Source of the DNA: Azolla caroliniana
Lineage: Eukaryota > Plantae > Polypodiophyta
Direction: 5' to 3'
Assembly: GCA_043228905.1 (NCBI GenBank)
Contig: JBHGNT010000012.1
Location: 8,122,001 to 8,186,000 of the forward strand
Length of the DNA: 64,000 bases
The position numbers and the translations under genes were made by a program. Below the pieces are notes generated by a model. The model saw nothing but the letters and a program-made list of their open reading frames with translations, was not told where the DNA came from and did not search any database. Below, one piece after another: positions 14,208 through 25,891 of the stretch (the stretch's first letter is position 1; every line of letters begins with the position of its first letter).

Positions 14208-15888
14208 ATGGAGACATTATTATTAGTGACTCTACTAGTAGTTACAGTGGCTGCACTATGGGCAGGGAATGAATGGAGGAGTAGGAGAAGTAGGCTTCTT
14301 CCACCAGGCCCTTTGCAATTCCCTCTTGTTGGCAACATTCCACACCTCATGATGGCGGGCGCGACTCAGCATCGATACCTCGCGGGGCTCGCCAGGAAAT
14401 ATGGTCCCATCTTCTTCCTGCGGCTTGCGTCCCGGCCCGTGATCGTGGTTTCCAGCCCATCCCTGGCTCGCGCGCTCCTCGACACGCATGACAAGACGTT
14501 CGCGAGCCGCCCGCCGTCCCCCCAGGCCAGACTCCTCTTCGGCCACGAGTTCGGAGAGAAGTTGGTTGCTTTCCACCCTTACAACAATGAATGGAAAGCG
14601 GCACGGAAGGTCTACTTGGACCACATGTTCGCACCGCACCGGATCAAGGAGTTCCAATCGGACATCATCTCCCACGAGATCCACTGCCTCATTCAAACTC
14701 ACCTCATCCCTGCTAGCAAAGCTGGCCATGCCATTAATCTCACTGCTTGCGTAGGGAACCTCATACAGGACATTATGTGGTATGCAATCGACAGTCGAAG
14801 GTCCGAAAGTATCAGCAAGTCCACCGCGTGCCGACAACGGATTCATGAACTTTCTGATTTACTTACAGCTCCCCTTATTGGTGAATTCTTACCCTCTCTT
14901 GGGTTTCTCGACTACAAAACGAAAACTTCGATGAAGAAGTGGTATTCGTGGTTCGATGATTTGATGGAGGGCATCATCGCGGAACGGGAGGAGAAAGGTG
15001 TGGTAAGCAGTAAGGAGTTGGTTCAAGACATCGTAGATGTCTTCCTGTTGCCGGAGAGCAGGCTTAGCAGAGGGTTAGTGAAGGCTCGCATAATGGTGAC
15101 CTCCCTTACGCTTACTTACACTTAATGAATGAATGAATGAATGAATGAATGAATGAATGAATATATGTATGGACATGATGATGATGATGGAAGGTAGATT
15201 AGGCTAACAAACACACTTTAAAAAGAAAGAAAAAGAAATGTTGTTATTGCATTTGCAGGAGTTGATGGCGGCCGGGGTGGAGTCGACGAGCACGGCCATA
15301 GATTGGGGGATGAGCGAAATTCTGTGCAATCCAAGTGTCATTGGAAAGCTTCGAGATGAGCTGAATACTGTGGTTGGACGAGAACGAGATGTAGTAGAGG
15401 TATCAGACATTCCACGCCTGCCATACCTGAGAGCTGTGGTGAAGGAAACATTCCGGATGCACCCCCCTGCACCATTCTTGATCCCACACATGTCCCTTGA
15501 TGACTGTGACGATTTGGGAGGCTATAGGATCCCCAAAGGAACCACTGTCCTCATAAATCTATGGGCCATCGGACACGACCCCGACGTATGGACGGATGAT
15601 CCACACGTGTTTTCGCCTGACCGCTTCATGTTTGATGCTTGTAGCTCCTCTCTTGATGTGAAAGGGAAACACTTTGAGGTCCTTCCATTCGGTTCCGGGA
15701 GAAGGATTTGTCCTGGTATGAACCTAGCCTTGCCTACTGTGGAGATTACACTTGCGAATCTCGTTCATGCGTTCGACGAGTGGAAGGTCGTGCTCCCTCC
15801 TGGCCAGCATTCCTTGGACATGTCTGACAAATGCGGACTTGGATGCCGTCGTGTCCATCCTCTCATTGTTGTACCTAGAAAAATATAG
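14208..15888 (+). CDS. Cytochrome P450, A-type (CYP71 clan); exons 14208-15095 and 15259-15888, ~505 aa
   Basis: N-terminal hydrophobic anchor, PPGP hinge, I-helix AGVEST, ExxR (ETFR), PDRF and heme motif PFGSGRRICPG. A single phase-0 GT..AG intron (ATG|gtgacc ... ttgcag|GAG) lies just before the I-helix, the position typical of A-type P450s. The intron carries (GAAT)n. Confidence 0.93.
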
Positions 15889-17049
15889 TTCAGGCTCCTT
15901 GGGACACTTTGCATTCACTACACACATCGATTCCAAACTAGGGCAATTGTTTAGGGAGGCTCTCTAATACCTTTGGTAACATAGCAATTGCCTATGGTTT
16001 ATGTGTATATTGTAATTGTAGGCTATGTATTATTGTCTTGTAAGTTTAGTCAAGTAATTTCTTCCGCCGTTTTCTTTATTTCCCCTCCCTCGAAGATGCC
16101 ATTCCTCTAGGTAATTACTATCCATCCTATTTGACCAATTCTGTAATTAAATTCATTCTTAATTTGTTAATTTTGTTATGCAATTTGACAAACTACAAGG
16201 TTTTATTAGATGTAACCTTCATATACAAATGTCTTTGTTAGCCTCCAGCAACTCATTCTAGCAACTCCTCAAGGAAGAGGATGAGCGTCAATAACGTAAG
16301 ACTGTTTATGGATTAAAAATCCGATTGGTAAGGCAATAAAAATTGAGGAAAATGGATTATGTGTGACATTATGCATGCGTTACTAAACAATGCATGACAA
16401 AGTGCGTCCCAAAACATGCCACTAAAAGCGTCACATTGCAATGTGCCAATAGTGATGCCATTAACAATACAATTTGTGTCAGGCGTTTGGCATCCCTAAC
16501 AAAAGATAGCCATACTTAATGGCTACAAATACCCAACAAAATAATTTCCTCTACCAAATCCGTGTGTGAGTATCCATAATAATGTTTATATAATTCTATA
16601 TAATTTAATGTTACACCACACTAATAACCTTATTCAATTTTACTGCAAGTAAATAGGGCCATCAATTATGGGCCTATTTACCCGTCGAGTAATCCTTTAT
16701 TCATGACATTGTCTTTGGTTTGACACTATGTGAGGAATGAGAGTATCAAGGGTAATGTCTATCTTCCCTGACATTATGGCCCTATTTAGTGGCAATGAAG
16801 ATCATTTTGTTGTGGTTGTCTAGCACATAGATTTAGTCATATACAATATCACGTTTCACAGTTTGTTCATAGGTTGAAGCAACAACTTTTTCACCAAGAT
16901 AGAGCTAGATATTATTCAATAACATGAGTTCTAACAGAGGAAAGCTACATAGCAATGTTTCCAAAAGAAATTAGTTAGATTTTTTTATTTGGAAGATTCT
17001 CTTCAATAGTATTAAGTAAAAAAAATGCCAAAGGTTACAGCTTGAATTT

Positions 17050-17855
17050 ATCTGTCCAAAAGCTTACAAAATTTTATGTACAATGATGTCCAGTAATCTT
17101 AAGACCAAATATAGAAAATTCTAAAGGGCATTGGAGTTTGTTGATATACATTGCCATGGTGTATTGCTATTCAAGAGAAGTTCCATAGAAGTCGATAGTT
17201 TCATTGAGGCCATTGATCTGACACTTCAAAGAGGGGCAACTTTCTCTATAAGTGAAGAAGCTTCTTTCTTCTCTTATTAACATTCTCTAGAGAACCATGC
17301 ATATTATCATATTGACCACGGACTATTGCCAGCAAGCTCTCCCATATCTCAAGCAGAACTTCTGAGAGACGAAAATCTGTTGCATCATAAAGTCAATTAC
17401 ATATACATTTCCATAATGCCCATAACATTACCATAGTCACTATTTTCTAGACCTGAACAGATTGTATCTGCTTTCAGAGTTTCTTAAAGGGACTAGCTAA
17501 TATCAATCTTTCATTATGTACCATCATGGCCTCGTGAACATCATCTGCCTCATACAACACCAAGCTCAAATATAAAACTCCAAATATCGTTGCTCCCCAT
17601 GAAAATAGGCAGCCAACATTGATCATTAGGAATAAGGGAAGGATTTTATTCCATACTTGTTGAACCAAGGAACAAGACCACAAGACATGCTTTGTAGTCT
17701 CCTTAGCTGCATAGCAAAAGCCACATGCCTAAGATTGAGTGATGCATTCCCTTTTAATGAATGACCAACTAGTAATGCCACATGCACTAATAGCCATTTG
17801 AAGAGAATAAATTTAGTTCGCCCCTGTGAATGACAAGAGCTATCTCCATTAGGTT
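17050..17855 (-). mobile_element. Degraded L1-like LINE, 3' part of ORF2 (zf-RVT region)
   Basis: Minus-strand translation gives C..KETTKHVLWSCSLVQQVWNKI and ...EIWESLLAIVRGQYD..., resembling the C-terminus of the LINE ORF2 at 36856-41169; multiple stops. Confidence 0.7.
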
Positions 17856-18249
17856 GTTAAATGCAAAGTTGAGACACCCCAGTTAGTCTAAAGTTTCTGA
17901 GTTGTTGGTACCATTGCATTCGGAGACATCAATAATGACCTTCCAAATTTCACTGAGTACTGAAAGAAGCGAAATGCAGAACACAATCAGTTGTTTGGAA
18001 GCGTAACAATTAGGTATACGCAGAGAATGGTGATACACAATGAGAGAGAGATAGAGAGCAAACAACAAAACTTAGATTCATAATAATCAACGCTCAATTA
18101 CACATAGAATGTGCTCAGTGAGCACTTTTTATACAAGCCTTGACGCATGGGTGGACACAAGTATTATCAGTACTTTAATGCTCATGAATGAGCCAGACAT
18201 TAACTCTACATACAATATTCCTATTTACTAAAATAGGAATGACTTTACA
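17855..18249 (-). mobile_element. LTR-like remnant related to the LTR at 63049-63488 (boundaries approximate)
   Basis: ATGTGCTCA..GAGCACTTTT(T)ATACAA..CC...GACACAAGTATT.T.AGTACTTTAATGCTC is shared between ~18110-18205 and ~63225-63320; TATA-like TATAAAA on the minus strand. Confidence 0.55.
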
Positions 18250-18749
18250 CTGACAAAAGTTGGATGTTTAAGGACGACAACGATAGACATAATAAAAGAG
18301 ATATTACCAAGTCTAGAAGATATCTCAGATTGAAGGCGAACAAGATTTAGTACACACCATTTGGTGAAGACAATGATTTGATTGGTACATTTGAAAATGA
18401 GGAGGAAGAGTCACTATTGTATATTAGCTATAGTAGACTTGATTCTCATGAAAGGAATGATGATAGTGATGCAAATAACTCCTCAATGTATTTTTTGTGC
18501 AACGATATGTAACAAATTTAGACAACATTTTATCGAATGAAATAAAAAAGTTGATTGTTTTGAAATCTTTCGCTTATGATATCGTTAGGATCTAAAATAC
18601 TAGTAGTTGTAATTTCTCCTTAAAAATACACAAAGTTACTTTTCGTATTTGGCGAAAATTTGGCATTTTACAATTTTACCAAATGGTGAAAATTTCTACT
18701 TTTTCATCAATTTTTCGAGAACGTGTGATACTGGTATCAAGGTGTTTTG

Positions 18750-19549
18750 TGAAATGGCCAAAAAAGCCCCAAAATCAGACGGAATATTCCTTATGCTTCC
18801 ATTTGTGCACGATCCTTCCACTTGTGAATGCAAACGTGTTTTTCAGATCCTCCTGGCGTCTTCATGTCTTCAATTCAATGCTCCCTAATCCATCTAGTTC
18901 TGTGCTCCTCGAACCCTGCGGTCCGTATGTCTACTCTTCAAGCCCTTCTCAGCTCCCTCAGTGTCACGGCATTGTCATTCCTCAACCAATTGGCTCCTCC
19001 GTATCGGCGTCGACTTTGGCTGCATGCTTATCCAGTTGGTCTTCATGCGATTCGGCTCTTCCGAATCACCCTCCTTGACCGAATTGTCTATCTCTGATTT
19101 GTTCCCACTCTTGTCTGAATTGGTTGACTCCAATTCGTCCTCCTTCAAGCTCTTGACCATGTCATGGTCTTGGCCTTTGTCTTCAATTCGGCTCTGCCCT
19201 TCTTGGCTCAGCCGCTTGTCTTGGCTTCCTCAGCTCTGTGTCCCCCTTGTTTGGAAAGCTCCGACTCCAACTCGTTCTTTTGACCGTTCCCCTTGCATTT
19301 GGCTAGCCTACACTTAGTTGATATTCTTCCATTTATCCACATGTTTGTCATGTACTTGACTTCTTTAGCCAATCCGAATGTTCTGACTTCTTCAGTCGTT
19401 CCGAAATCGAATTCTTTGCCCGATTCAGCTCCTTGAACATCTCTCCCCTTCTCGCCTTTGGTTCTTTCACTTCTCCCCCTGCAAGTTTGCCAAGTTGAGA
19501 TGTTGTAGACCAAGCATAGTCAAAAATTGACACAACTTGTCCAGGCCGA
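18750..19549 (-). mobile_element. Old Ty1/Copia element: end of pol, PPT and probable 3' LTR (left part of an element split by the young Copia)
   Basis: The minus strand reads ..GLDKLCQFLTMLGLQHL.., continuing the RNase H reading from 24997; a PPT-like AGGGGGAG follows at ~19473-19480. Left boundary uncertain. Confidence 0.55.
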
Positions 19550-19607
19550 GAGGTTGTTGGGATTTCGGTCCCTCCGGATGGGATGTCCGGAGATGAATGA
19601 CGGCAAG

Positions 19608-19775
19608 CCCGGGTCTGGTTACGGAACCGGATGATGAATAGTACCCGGCACGGAGCCGGATGACGAAGATCCGGTTACGGAGCCGGATGACGAAGACCCG
19701 GCTCCGGAGCCGGATGATGTAGACCCCGGCTACGGAGCCGGATGACGAATGTACCCGGAGAGAGATCCGGATGCG
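19608..19775 (+). repeat. Internal tandem repeat in the Copia U3 (~6 units of 27-30 bp, core CGGAGCCGGATGA); duplicated at ~24384-24551
   Basis: Core motif at ~19622, 19651, 19678, 19705 and 19733, with a degenerate copy at 19763. Confidence 0.85.
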
Positions 19776-20246
19776 GGGACATATCTGTGAATATGTTTGC
19801 CAAGAGCCCTTGAGGCTATATTTGTAAATAGCCCGAAAGTCATATGTGTATAAATATGACTTAGGGCAAACAGTTTTATGTTGTTGCTCATTTTATGTTC
19901 TAGTCGAGAGAGCGGAGTGAGAGCAGCCGAGAGAGAGAGAGAGAAACGAAGAGGTCGACGCCTCTGTGTAATACCGCCGCCTGTGGCGAGGACAGCGAGC
20001 TCAAGGTCGTCGCCTTGCAGCTCGCCATTGTATATTTCTCTGTGCATAGTTTGGTTTGGAGTCTCGCACTCCCGTGGTTTTTCCCGTATAGGGTTTTCCA
20101 CGTTAATCCCTGTGTATCGCGTCTTTATCTGTATTTCCTATTTTCTGCTGCATTGATCCGCGATTACTCGGTTGTGGCCGAGAGGAGAAAGGAATCAAAT
20201 AGGTGATACCTTACAAATTGGTATCAGAGCGACGGCAGTGCAGAAA

Positions 20247-23200
20247 ATGGAAGGCGGCAGCAGCGGGCAGCCGGGGATGATGGTGCTGAATGCGCAGAAC
20301 TACGCCGACTGGAAGATCAAGATGGAGGATCTTCTGATTGTTCGGGACCTGTACGAACCGATTGACAGGTCGGAAATACCGAAAGGGGTACTTGAGTCGG
20401 AGTGGAAGCTCCTGAACTGGAAAGCCGTAGCAACGATCCGACAATATGTCGATGTAAGCGTCCTACAACACGTGGCGAACGACACCAACGCATACGAGAT
20501 GTGGAAGAAGCTGTCGGGCCTCTACGAGAGGAAGAATGCGTTGAACCGGACCTCCCTGATGAGGAAGATAGTGAATCTCAAGTACCGGGACGGCGAGAGT
20601 ATGGTGGAACACGTAAGCACGTTCATGGGATTCGTGAACCAGCTTGCGGCGATTAAGTTCCCGTTGGAGGATGCAATGCAAGCCATCATCCTGATGTGTA
20701 CATTGCCGGAAAGCTGGGAGAACTTGGTGGTGACTCTCAGCACCTCGTGCACCGAAGATAACTTGTCCTTACAAACGGTAAAGACAAGTACTTTGAACGA
20801 AGAAGCGCGTCGGAGAGATAAAGAACCGGCCTCCGACACGAAGGCGCTGCTTACCGAATCGGATCGGGGAAGACAATGGAACCGGAGTCCGCAAAGACGG
20901 GAGAAGTCGGGGACCCGGTCGCAGTCAAGAGGAAGGCCTACATGCTTCCACTGTGGGAAGCCGGGGCACTTCCGGAAGAATTGTCGGCATTACCGAAAGG
21001 ACAACGGAGCCGACGACACCGATTTGAAGAAGTCACCGGAGCGAAACGGTGCATACCGGGGAGCCACGGACCGGAGAGGTCCGGATCGGCGAGGGCAGGA
21101 CCGGAAAGGAACGACAGCACTCGCGGCAAGTGAAGAAGAGATAATGCTCATTACCGAAGAGAGGGAGCTGAACCTTGCCGGAGAAGAGATGACCTGGGTG
21201 GTCGATTCCGGAGCGTCGTTTCACCTGACCCCGGAGAAGAAATACTTCTCATCCTACACAGCCGGTGAGCATGGCTGTGTCCGGATGGGAAATGAAGGTA
21301 CGTGCCGGATTGCCGGCATAGGAGACGTGTGGCTGATGACATCAACCGGATGCAAAATGCTGCTGAAGGATGTTCGACACGTTCCGGAGGTTCGATTGAA
21401 CCTGATTTCGGCTGGGAGGCTAGACGATGAAGGCTACACGGGTAGCATCCGGAACGGTGTCATGAAGTTCAGCAAGGGGAGTCTGATAGTGGCTCGGGCC
21501 CGGAAAGTCAACACACTGTACCTGATGAATTCCCGGCTATGTCCGGAGGAGCTGAACGTGGCAGCTGACACTGCCGGTGAGCTGTGGCACAAGAGACTGT
21601 GCCACATGAGTGAGAAGGGGATGAAGAGGCTTGCAGATGACAACCTCATTCCAGTGAAGCATGTGCACCTGGAGAAGTGCACCAATTGCCTGGCCGGTAA
21701 GCAGAACCGAACCTCCTTCCATTCAAGGCCACCGACGAGACGTAGCGCACCATTGGAGTTGGTGCACACTGACGTGTGTCAAGTGGAAACGAAGTCACAT
21801 GGCGGAGCCCAGTACTTCGTGACATTCATTGATGACCACAGCCGGAAGCTGTGGACGGCACCGTTGAAGACAAAGGACCAAGTATTGTCCGTCTTCAAAG
21901 AACTCCACGCGAGAGTGGAAAGAGAATCCGGCAAGGAGCTGAAAGCGATACGAGCGGATAACGGAGGGGAATACCGGGGGCAGTTCCAGGAGTACTGTCG
22001 CTCGAAGGGAATCCGGCTCGAGTTTACAGTGCCGAAGACGCCGGAACTGAACGGGCTGGCCGAGAGGATGAACCGGACCATAATGGAGAGGGTCCGGAGC
22101 ATGCTGGCGCATGCGAAATTACCCAAGGGGTTTTGGGCTGAGGCAATGTCGACGGCGACATACGTGATTAACAGATCACCCTCAGTACCTTTGGACGGAG
22201 ACACGCCGCAGAAAGTGTGGACCGGTAGGGACGTGTCCTACCGGCATCTGAAGGTGTTCGGGTGTCTCGCATATGTGCATGTGGCAAAGGACCGGAGAGG
22301 AAAGTTAGATCCAAAGACCCGTCCTTGCATATTCCTCGGTTACGGCGACGACGAGTTCGGCTACCGAGTATGGGACCCGGTCGACAAGAAGATATTCAGG
22401 AGTCGTGATATCATCTTCATGGAGGACAAGACACTCGCCGACTGGGAGTCGGAGAAGAAGATGAAGAGCTCCAAGTCGACCAGTGAGAATCAACTCTACG
22501 AGGAGCAGTCCCGACCGGCAAGGGACCGGTTAGCACTCGAGGATCCGGCCGAAGACGGTGAAGAAACAGAACCGGCCGAAGAAGATGAATATGATACCGG
22601 AACCGGCCCCGATCCCGAAATGGATTCGGATGAAGAAGAATCGGAAGAACCGGTTACCGAAGCTCCGGAACGGAGATATCCTCTAAGAGAGAGAAGGGCC
22701 CCCCGGAGATTTCCGGAACCAGAGCACGTGCTGCTAACCGACGAAGGGGAGCCGGAGAGCTTTGAAGAAGCGAAGCATGACACCCATAGCCGCAGGTGGT
22801 TAAGTGCCATGCAGGAGGAGATGGATTCCCTGCATGAGAACCACACATATGAACTTGTGGAGTTGCCGAAAGGAAAACGGGCACTCCGTAACAAGTGGGT
22901 GTTCAAGCTGAAACCGGGAGATGCCGGAAACCCCCCAAGATACAAAGCCAGGATCGTGGTGAAGGGGTTCCAACAGAAGAAGGGCGTCGACTTCGACGAG
23001 ATATTTGCCCCGGTAGTGAAGATGACCTCCATCCGGACGGTGCTGAGCATAGCGGCAAGCATGGACCTCGAGGTAGAACAGATGGACGTGAAGACGGCAT
23101 TCCTTCACGGTGACCTCGAAGAAGAGATCTACATGCAGCAACCGGAAGGATTCGAGAAGAAAGGGAAGGAGCACCTGGTATGCCGGTTGAAGAAGAGCCT

Positions 23201-24320
23201 TTACGGACTGAAGCAGGCTCCCCGGCAATGGTACCGGAAGTTCGACTCCTTCATGACCGACGAAGGGTACCTCAAAACGCAGTCCGACCACTGCGTGTTT
23301 GTGAAGAAGTTCGACGGAGGAGACTCTCTAATACTCCTCCTGTACGTGGACGACATGTTGATCGTCGGACGGGACCAGGTCAAGATACGGATGCTGAAGA
23401 AGGCTCTTCACCGAACCTTCTCAATGAAAGACCTGGGTCCGGCGAGGCAAATACTGGGGATGCACATCATCCGGGACCGGAAGAAGAAGCAGTTGTGGCT
23501 GTCACAGGGGAAGTACGTGACAAAGGTGCTTCACCGGTTCAACATGTCGGAGGCAAGACCGGTCGGATCGACCCTCCCGGCAAACTGCAAGCTGTCCAGC
23601 AAGCAAAGTCCCAAGACAAAGGCTGAGAAGGAGGACATGATGAAAGTACCATATGCCTCTGCCGTCGGAAGCTTGATGTACGCAATGGTGTGTACAAGAC
23701 CGGACATAGGATATGCAGTCGGAGTGGTGAGCCGGTACATGAGTAACCCCGGCAAGGAGCACTGGAACGCGGTCAAGTGGATACTCCGATACCTGAAGGG
23801 CACGGCAAACGTGTGCCTCCGATTCGGCTCCGGTAAGCCCGAACTCGATGGATTTACCGATTCGGATATGTCGGCTGATGCAGATACCAGCCGGTCCACA
23901 TCAGGGTATGTGATGACATATGCAGGGGGAGCTGTTTCGTGGCAGTCGAGGCTGCAGAAGACGGTTGCATTGTCAACCACGGAGGCGGAGTACATGGCGG
24001 CTGTTGAAGCCGGCAAGGAAATAATATGGATGAAGGACTTCATTAGAGAGCTCGGTATCCGGCAGGAGGAGTACCGACTCTACTGCGACAGTCAGAGTGC
24101 CATCCACCTTGCGAAGAACGCGGCCTATCACTCCCGGACGAAGCACATCCAGCGAAGATATCACTGGATCCGGGAAAGGATAGAAGACCAGGAGTTCGTG
24201 TTGACGAAGATCCACACGGACGAGAACGGGTCAGATATGCTGACCAAAGTGCTCACACCCGACAAGCTAGAAGCATGCCGGAAGAGGATCGGATTGGAGA
24301 GACATCCCATGCCGAAGTGA
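20247..24320 (+). CDS. Copia Gag-Pol polyprotein (~1357 aa), uninterrupted
   Basis: Domain order Gag, zinc knuckle CFHCGKPGHFRKNC, protease VDSGAS, integrase (LWHKRLCH..C..C, VHTD, DNGGEY, AERMNRT), RT (YVDD), RNase H (EAEY, CDSQS, SDMLTK). The first ATG after the PBS is 20247. Confidence 0.96.
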   Translation: MEGGSSGQPGMMVLNAQNYADWKIKMEDLLIVRDLYEPIDRSEIPKGVLESEWKLLNWKAVATIRQYVDVSVLQHVANDTNAYEMWKKLSGLYERKNALNRTSLMRKIVNLKYRDGESMVEHVSTFMGFVNQLAAIKFPLEDAMQAIILMCTLPESWENLVVTLSTSCTEDNLSLQTVKTSTLNEEARRRDKEPASDTKALLTESDRGRQWNRSPQRREKSGTRSQSRGRPTCFHCGKPGHFRKNCRHYRKDNGADDTDLKKSPERNGAYRGATDRRGPDRRGQDRKGTTALAASEEEIMLITEERELNLAGEEMTWVVDSGASFHLTPEKKYFSSYTAGEHGCVRMGNEGTCRIAGIGDVWLMTSTGCKMLLKDVRHVPEVRLNLISAGRLDDEGYTGSIRNGVMKFSKGSLIVARARKVNTLYLMNSRLCPEELNVAADTAGELWHKRLCHMSEKGMKRLADDNLIPVKHVHLEKCTNCLAGKQNRTSFHSRPPTRRSAPLELVHTDVCQVETKSHGGAQYFVTFIDDHSRKLWTAPLKTKDQVLSVFKELHARVERESGKELKAIRADNGGEYRGQFQEYCRSKGIRLEFTVPKTPELNGLAERMNRTIMERVRSMLAHAKLPKGFWAEAMSTATYVINRSPSVPLDGDTPQKVWTGRDVSYRHLKVFGCLAYVHVAKDRRGKLDPKTRPCIFLGYGDDEFGYRVWDPVDKKIFRSRDIIFMEDKTLADWESEKKMKSSKSTSENQLYEEQSRPARDRLALEDPAEDGEETEPAEEDEYDTGTGPDPEMDSDEEESEEPVTEAPERRYPLRERRAPRRFPEPEHVLLTDEGEPESFEEAKHDTHSRRWLSAMQEEMDSLHENHTYELVELPKGKRALRNKWVFKLKPGDAGNPPRYKARIVVKGFQQKKGVDFDEIFAPVVKMTSIRTVLSIAASMDLEVEQMDVKTAFLHGDLEEEIYMQQPEGFEKKGKEHLVCRLKKSLYGLKQAPRQWYRKFDSFMTDEGYLKTQSDHCVFVKKFDGGDSLILLLYVDDMLIVGRDQVKIRMLKKALHRTFSMKDLGPARQILGMHIIRDRKKKQLWLSQGKYVTKVLHRFNMSEARPVGSTLPANCKLSSKQSPKTKAEKEDMMKVPYASAVGSLMYAMVCTRPDIGYAVGVVSRYMSNPGKEHWNAVKWILRYLKGTANVCLRFGSGKPELDGFTDSDMSADADTSRSTSGYVMTYAGGAVSWQSRLQKTVALSTTEAEYMAAVEAGKEIIWMKDFIRELGIRQEEYRLYCDSQSAIHLAKNAAYHSRTKHIQRRYHWIRERIEDQEFVLTKIHTDENGSDMLTKVLTPDKLEACRKRIGLERHPMPK

Positions 24321-24996
24321 AGGGGGAGTTTGTTGGGATTTCGGTCCCTCCGGATGGGATGTCCGGAGATGAATGACGGCAAGCCCGGGTCTGGTTACGG
24401 AACCGGATGATGAATAGTACCCGGCACGGAGCCGGATGACGAAGATCCGGTTACGGAGCCGGATGACGAAGACCCGGCTCCGGAGCCGGATGATGTAGAC
24501 CCCGGCTACGGAGCCGGATGACGAATGTACCCGGAGAGAGATCCGGATGCGGGGACATATCTGTGAATATGTTTGCCAAGAGCCCTTGAGGCTATATTTG
24601 TAAATAGCCCGAAAGTCATATGTGTATAAATATGACTTAGGGCAAACAGTTTTATGTTGTTGCTCATTTTATGTTCTAGTCGAGAGAGCGGAGTGAGAGC
24701 AGCCGAGAGAGAGAGAGAGAAACGAAGAGGTCGACGCCTCTGTGTAATACCGCCGCCTGTGGCGAGGACAGCGAGCTCAAGGTCGTCGCCTTGCAGCTCG
24801 CCATTGTATATTTCTCTGTGCATAGTTTGGTTTGGAGTCTCGCACTCCCGTGGTTTTTCCCGTATAGGGTTTTCCACGTTAATCCCTGTGTATCGCGTCT
24901 TTATCTGTATTTCCTATTTTCTGCTGCATTGATCCGCGATTACTCGGTTGTGGCCGAGAGGAGAAAGGAATCAAATAGGTGATACCTTACAGAGGT

Positions 24997-25800
24997 TTGG
25001 TGTTTAGATATTTGCTACCTACCCATCTGTCGGAACATATACGAGTTCCACTTCACTGGAGAGGACGTGGTCACAGATAAAATGATAGTGCACCTCAATA
25101 TGCTTTGTCAAAATGTGGAAGATAGGTTCTTTGCTAGTTGGATGTTGATGAGATTGTCACAGTATATGATTGTCGGCTTGGACACCTCCATGTGCAGATC
25201 CTTCAAGAGCCTCTTTAGCCATATGACTTCTCATGTAGCGACAACTCCTCCTCGGTATTCGGCCTCAATACTCGCCAACACAACTGTTGGATGCTTCTTA
25301 CTACTCTAGCCGATCGCGACGCTTCCAAATGAAAACACAAATCTGGATGTTGATGTATGATCGCTGGCATTTCTGGCCCAATCGGTATCCATGTAGCCAA
25401 CAAACTATTTGGCTGCTCCGGTCCGATATAGCATCGCCCTATCCTTCATGCCTCTGACATATCTAATGATCCTTTGCACACACTGAAGAAGTTTGGTTTT
25501 CGGTTGCGACATAAACTAACTGATCAAGACGATTGGATAGTTGAGCTCTAGACGGGTAATGGTTAGGTAAATTAGGCTTCAACTATCTACCGGAACCGTG
25601 TTGGGCTGCATGCCGTTCCCTATCCTTGGCGAAGTTGAAGAGCATACTCCACACATAATGTCGTTGGCTGATTAGTATGCCTTCTGGGGTGCGGATCACT
25701 TCGATATCAAGGAAGTAGTGAAGGTCCTCTAGATCCTTCATCTCGAATGATGCCGCTAGTTGGACTTGATGCGACCGATTTCTTCAAGATTGTCAATATA
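24997..25800 (-). pseudogene. Degenerate Copia RT/RNase H (right part of the old element)
   Basis: Minus strand: EMKDLEDLHYFLDIEVIRTPEGILISQRHY and TKHIEVHYHFICDHV...; stops and frameshifts; reads into 19549 once the young Copia is removed. Confidence 0.8.
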
Positions 25801-25891
25801 GGGAGTTGGCTATATATTTTATAAGGCTTGTGGGTTGATGTTAGAAAGATTAAGGATAGGAAGAAGAACAATTAAAAGTAAAGTGTGAGAA

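Larger units (their letters stand above)
19555..24991 (+). mobile_element. Intact Ty1/Copia LTR retrotransposon (Tnt1/Tork-like), 5437 bp
   Basis: 661-bp LTRs at 19555-20215 and 24331-24991 (TG..CA, no difference seen by eye); TSD GAGGT at 19550-19554 and 24992-24996; PBS TGGTATCAGAGC at 20219-20230 (tRNA-iMet); PPT GAAGGGGGAG just before 24331. Confidence 0.97.

Noticed and set aside
15096-15258. P450 as two separate ORFs or a pseudogene
   Set aside because: A canonical phase-0 intron joins them into one full-length protein.
20172-20246. N-terminal extension of the Copia ORF in the ORF track
   Set aside because: It starts at a GTG inside the LTR and crosses the PBS; the first ATG at 20247 is the plausible start.
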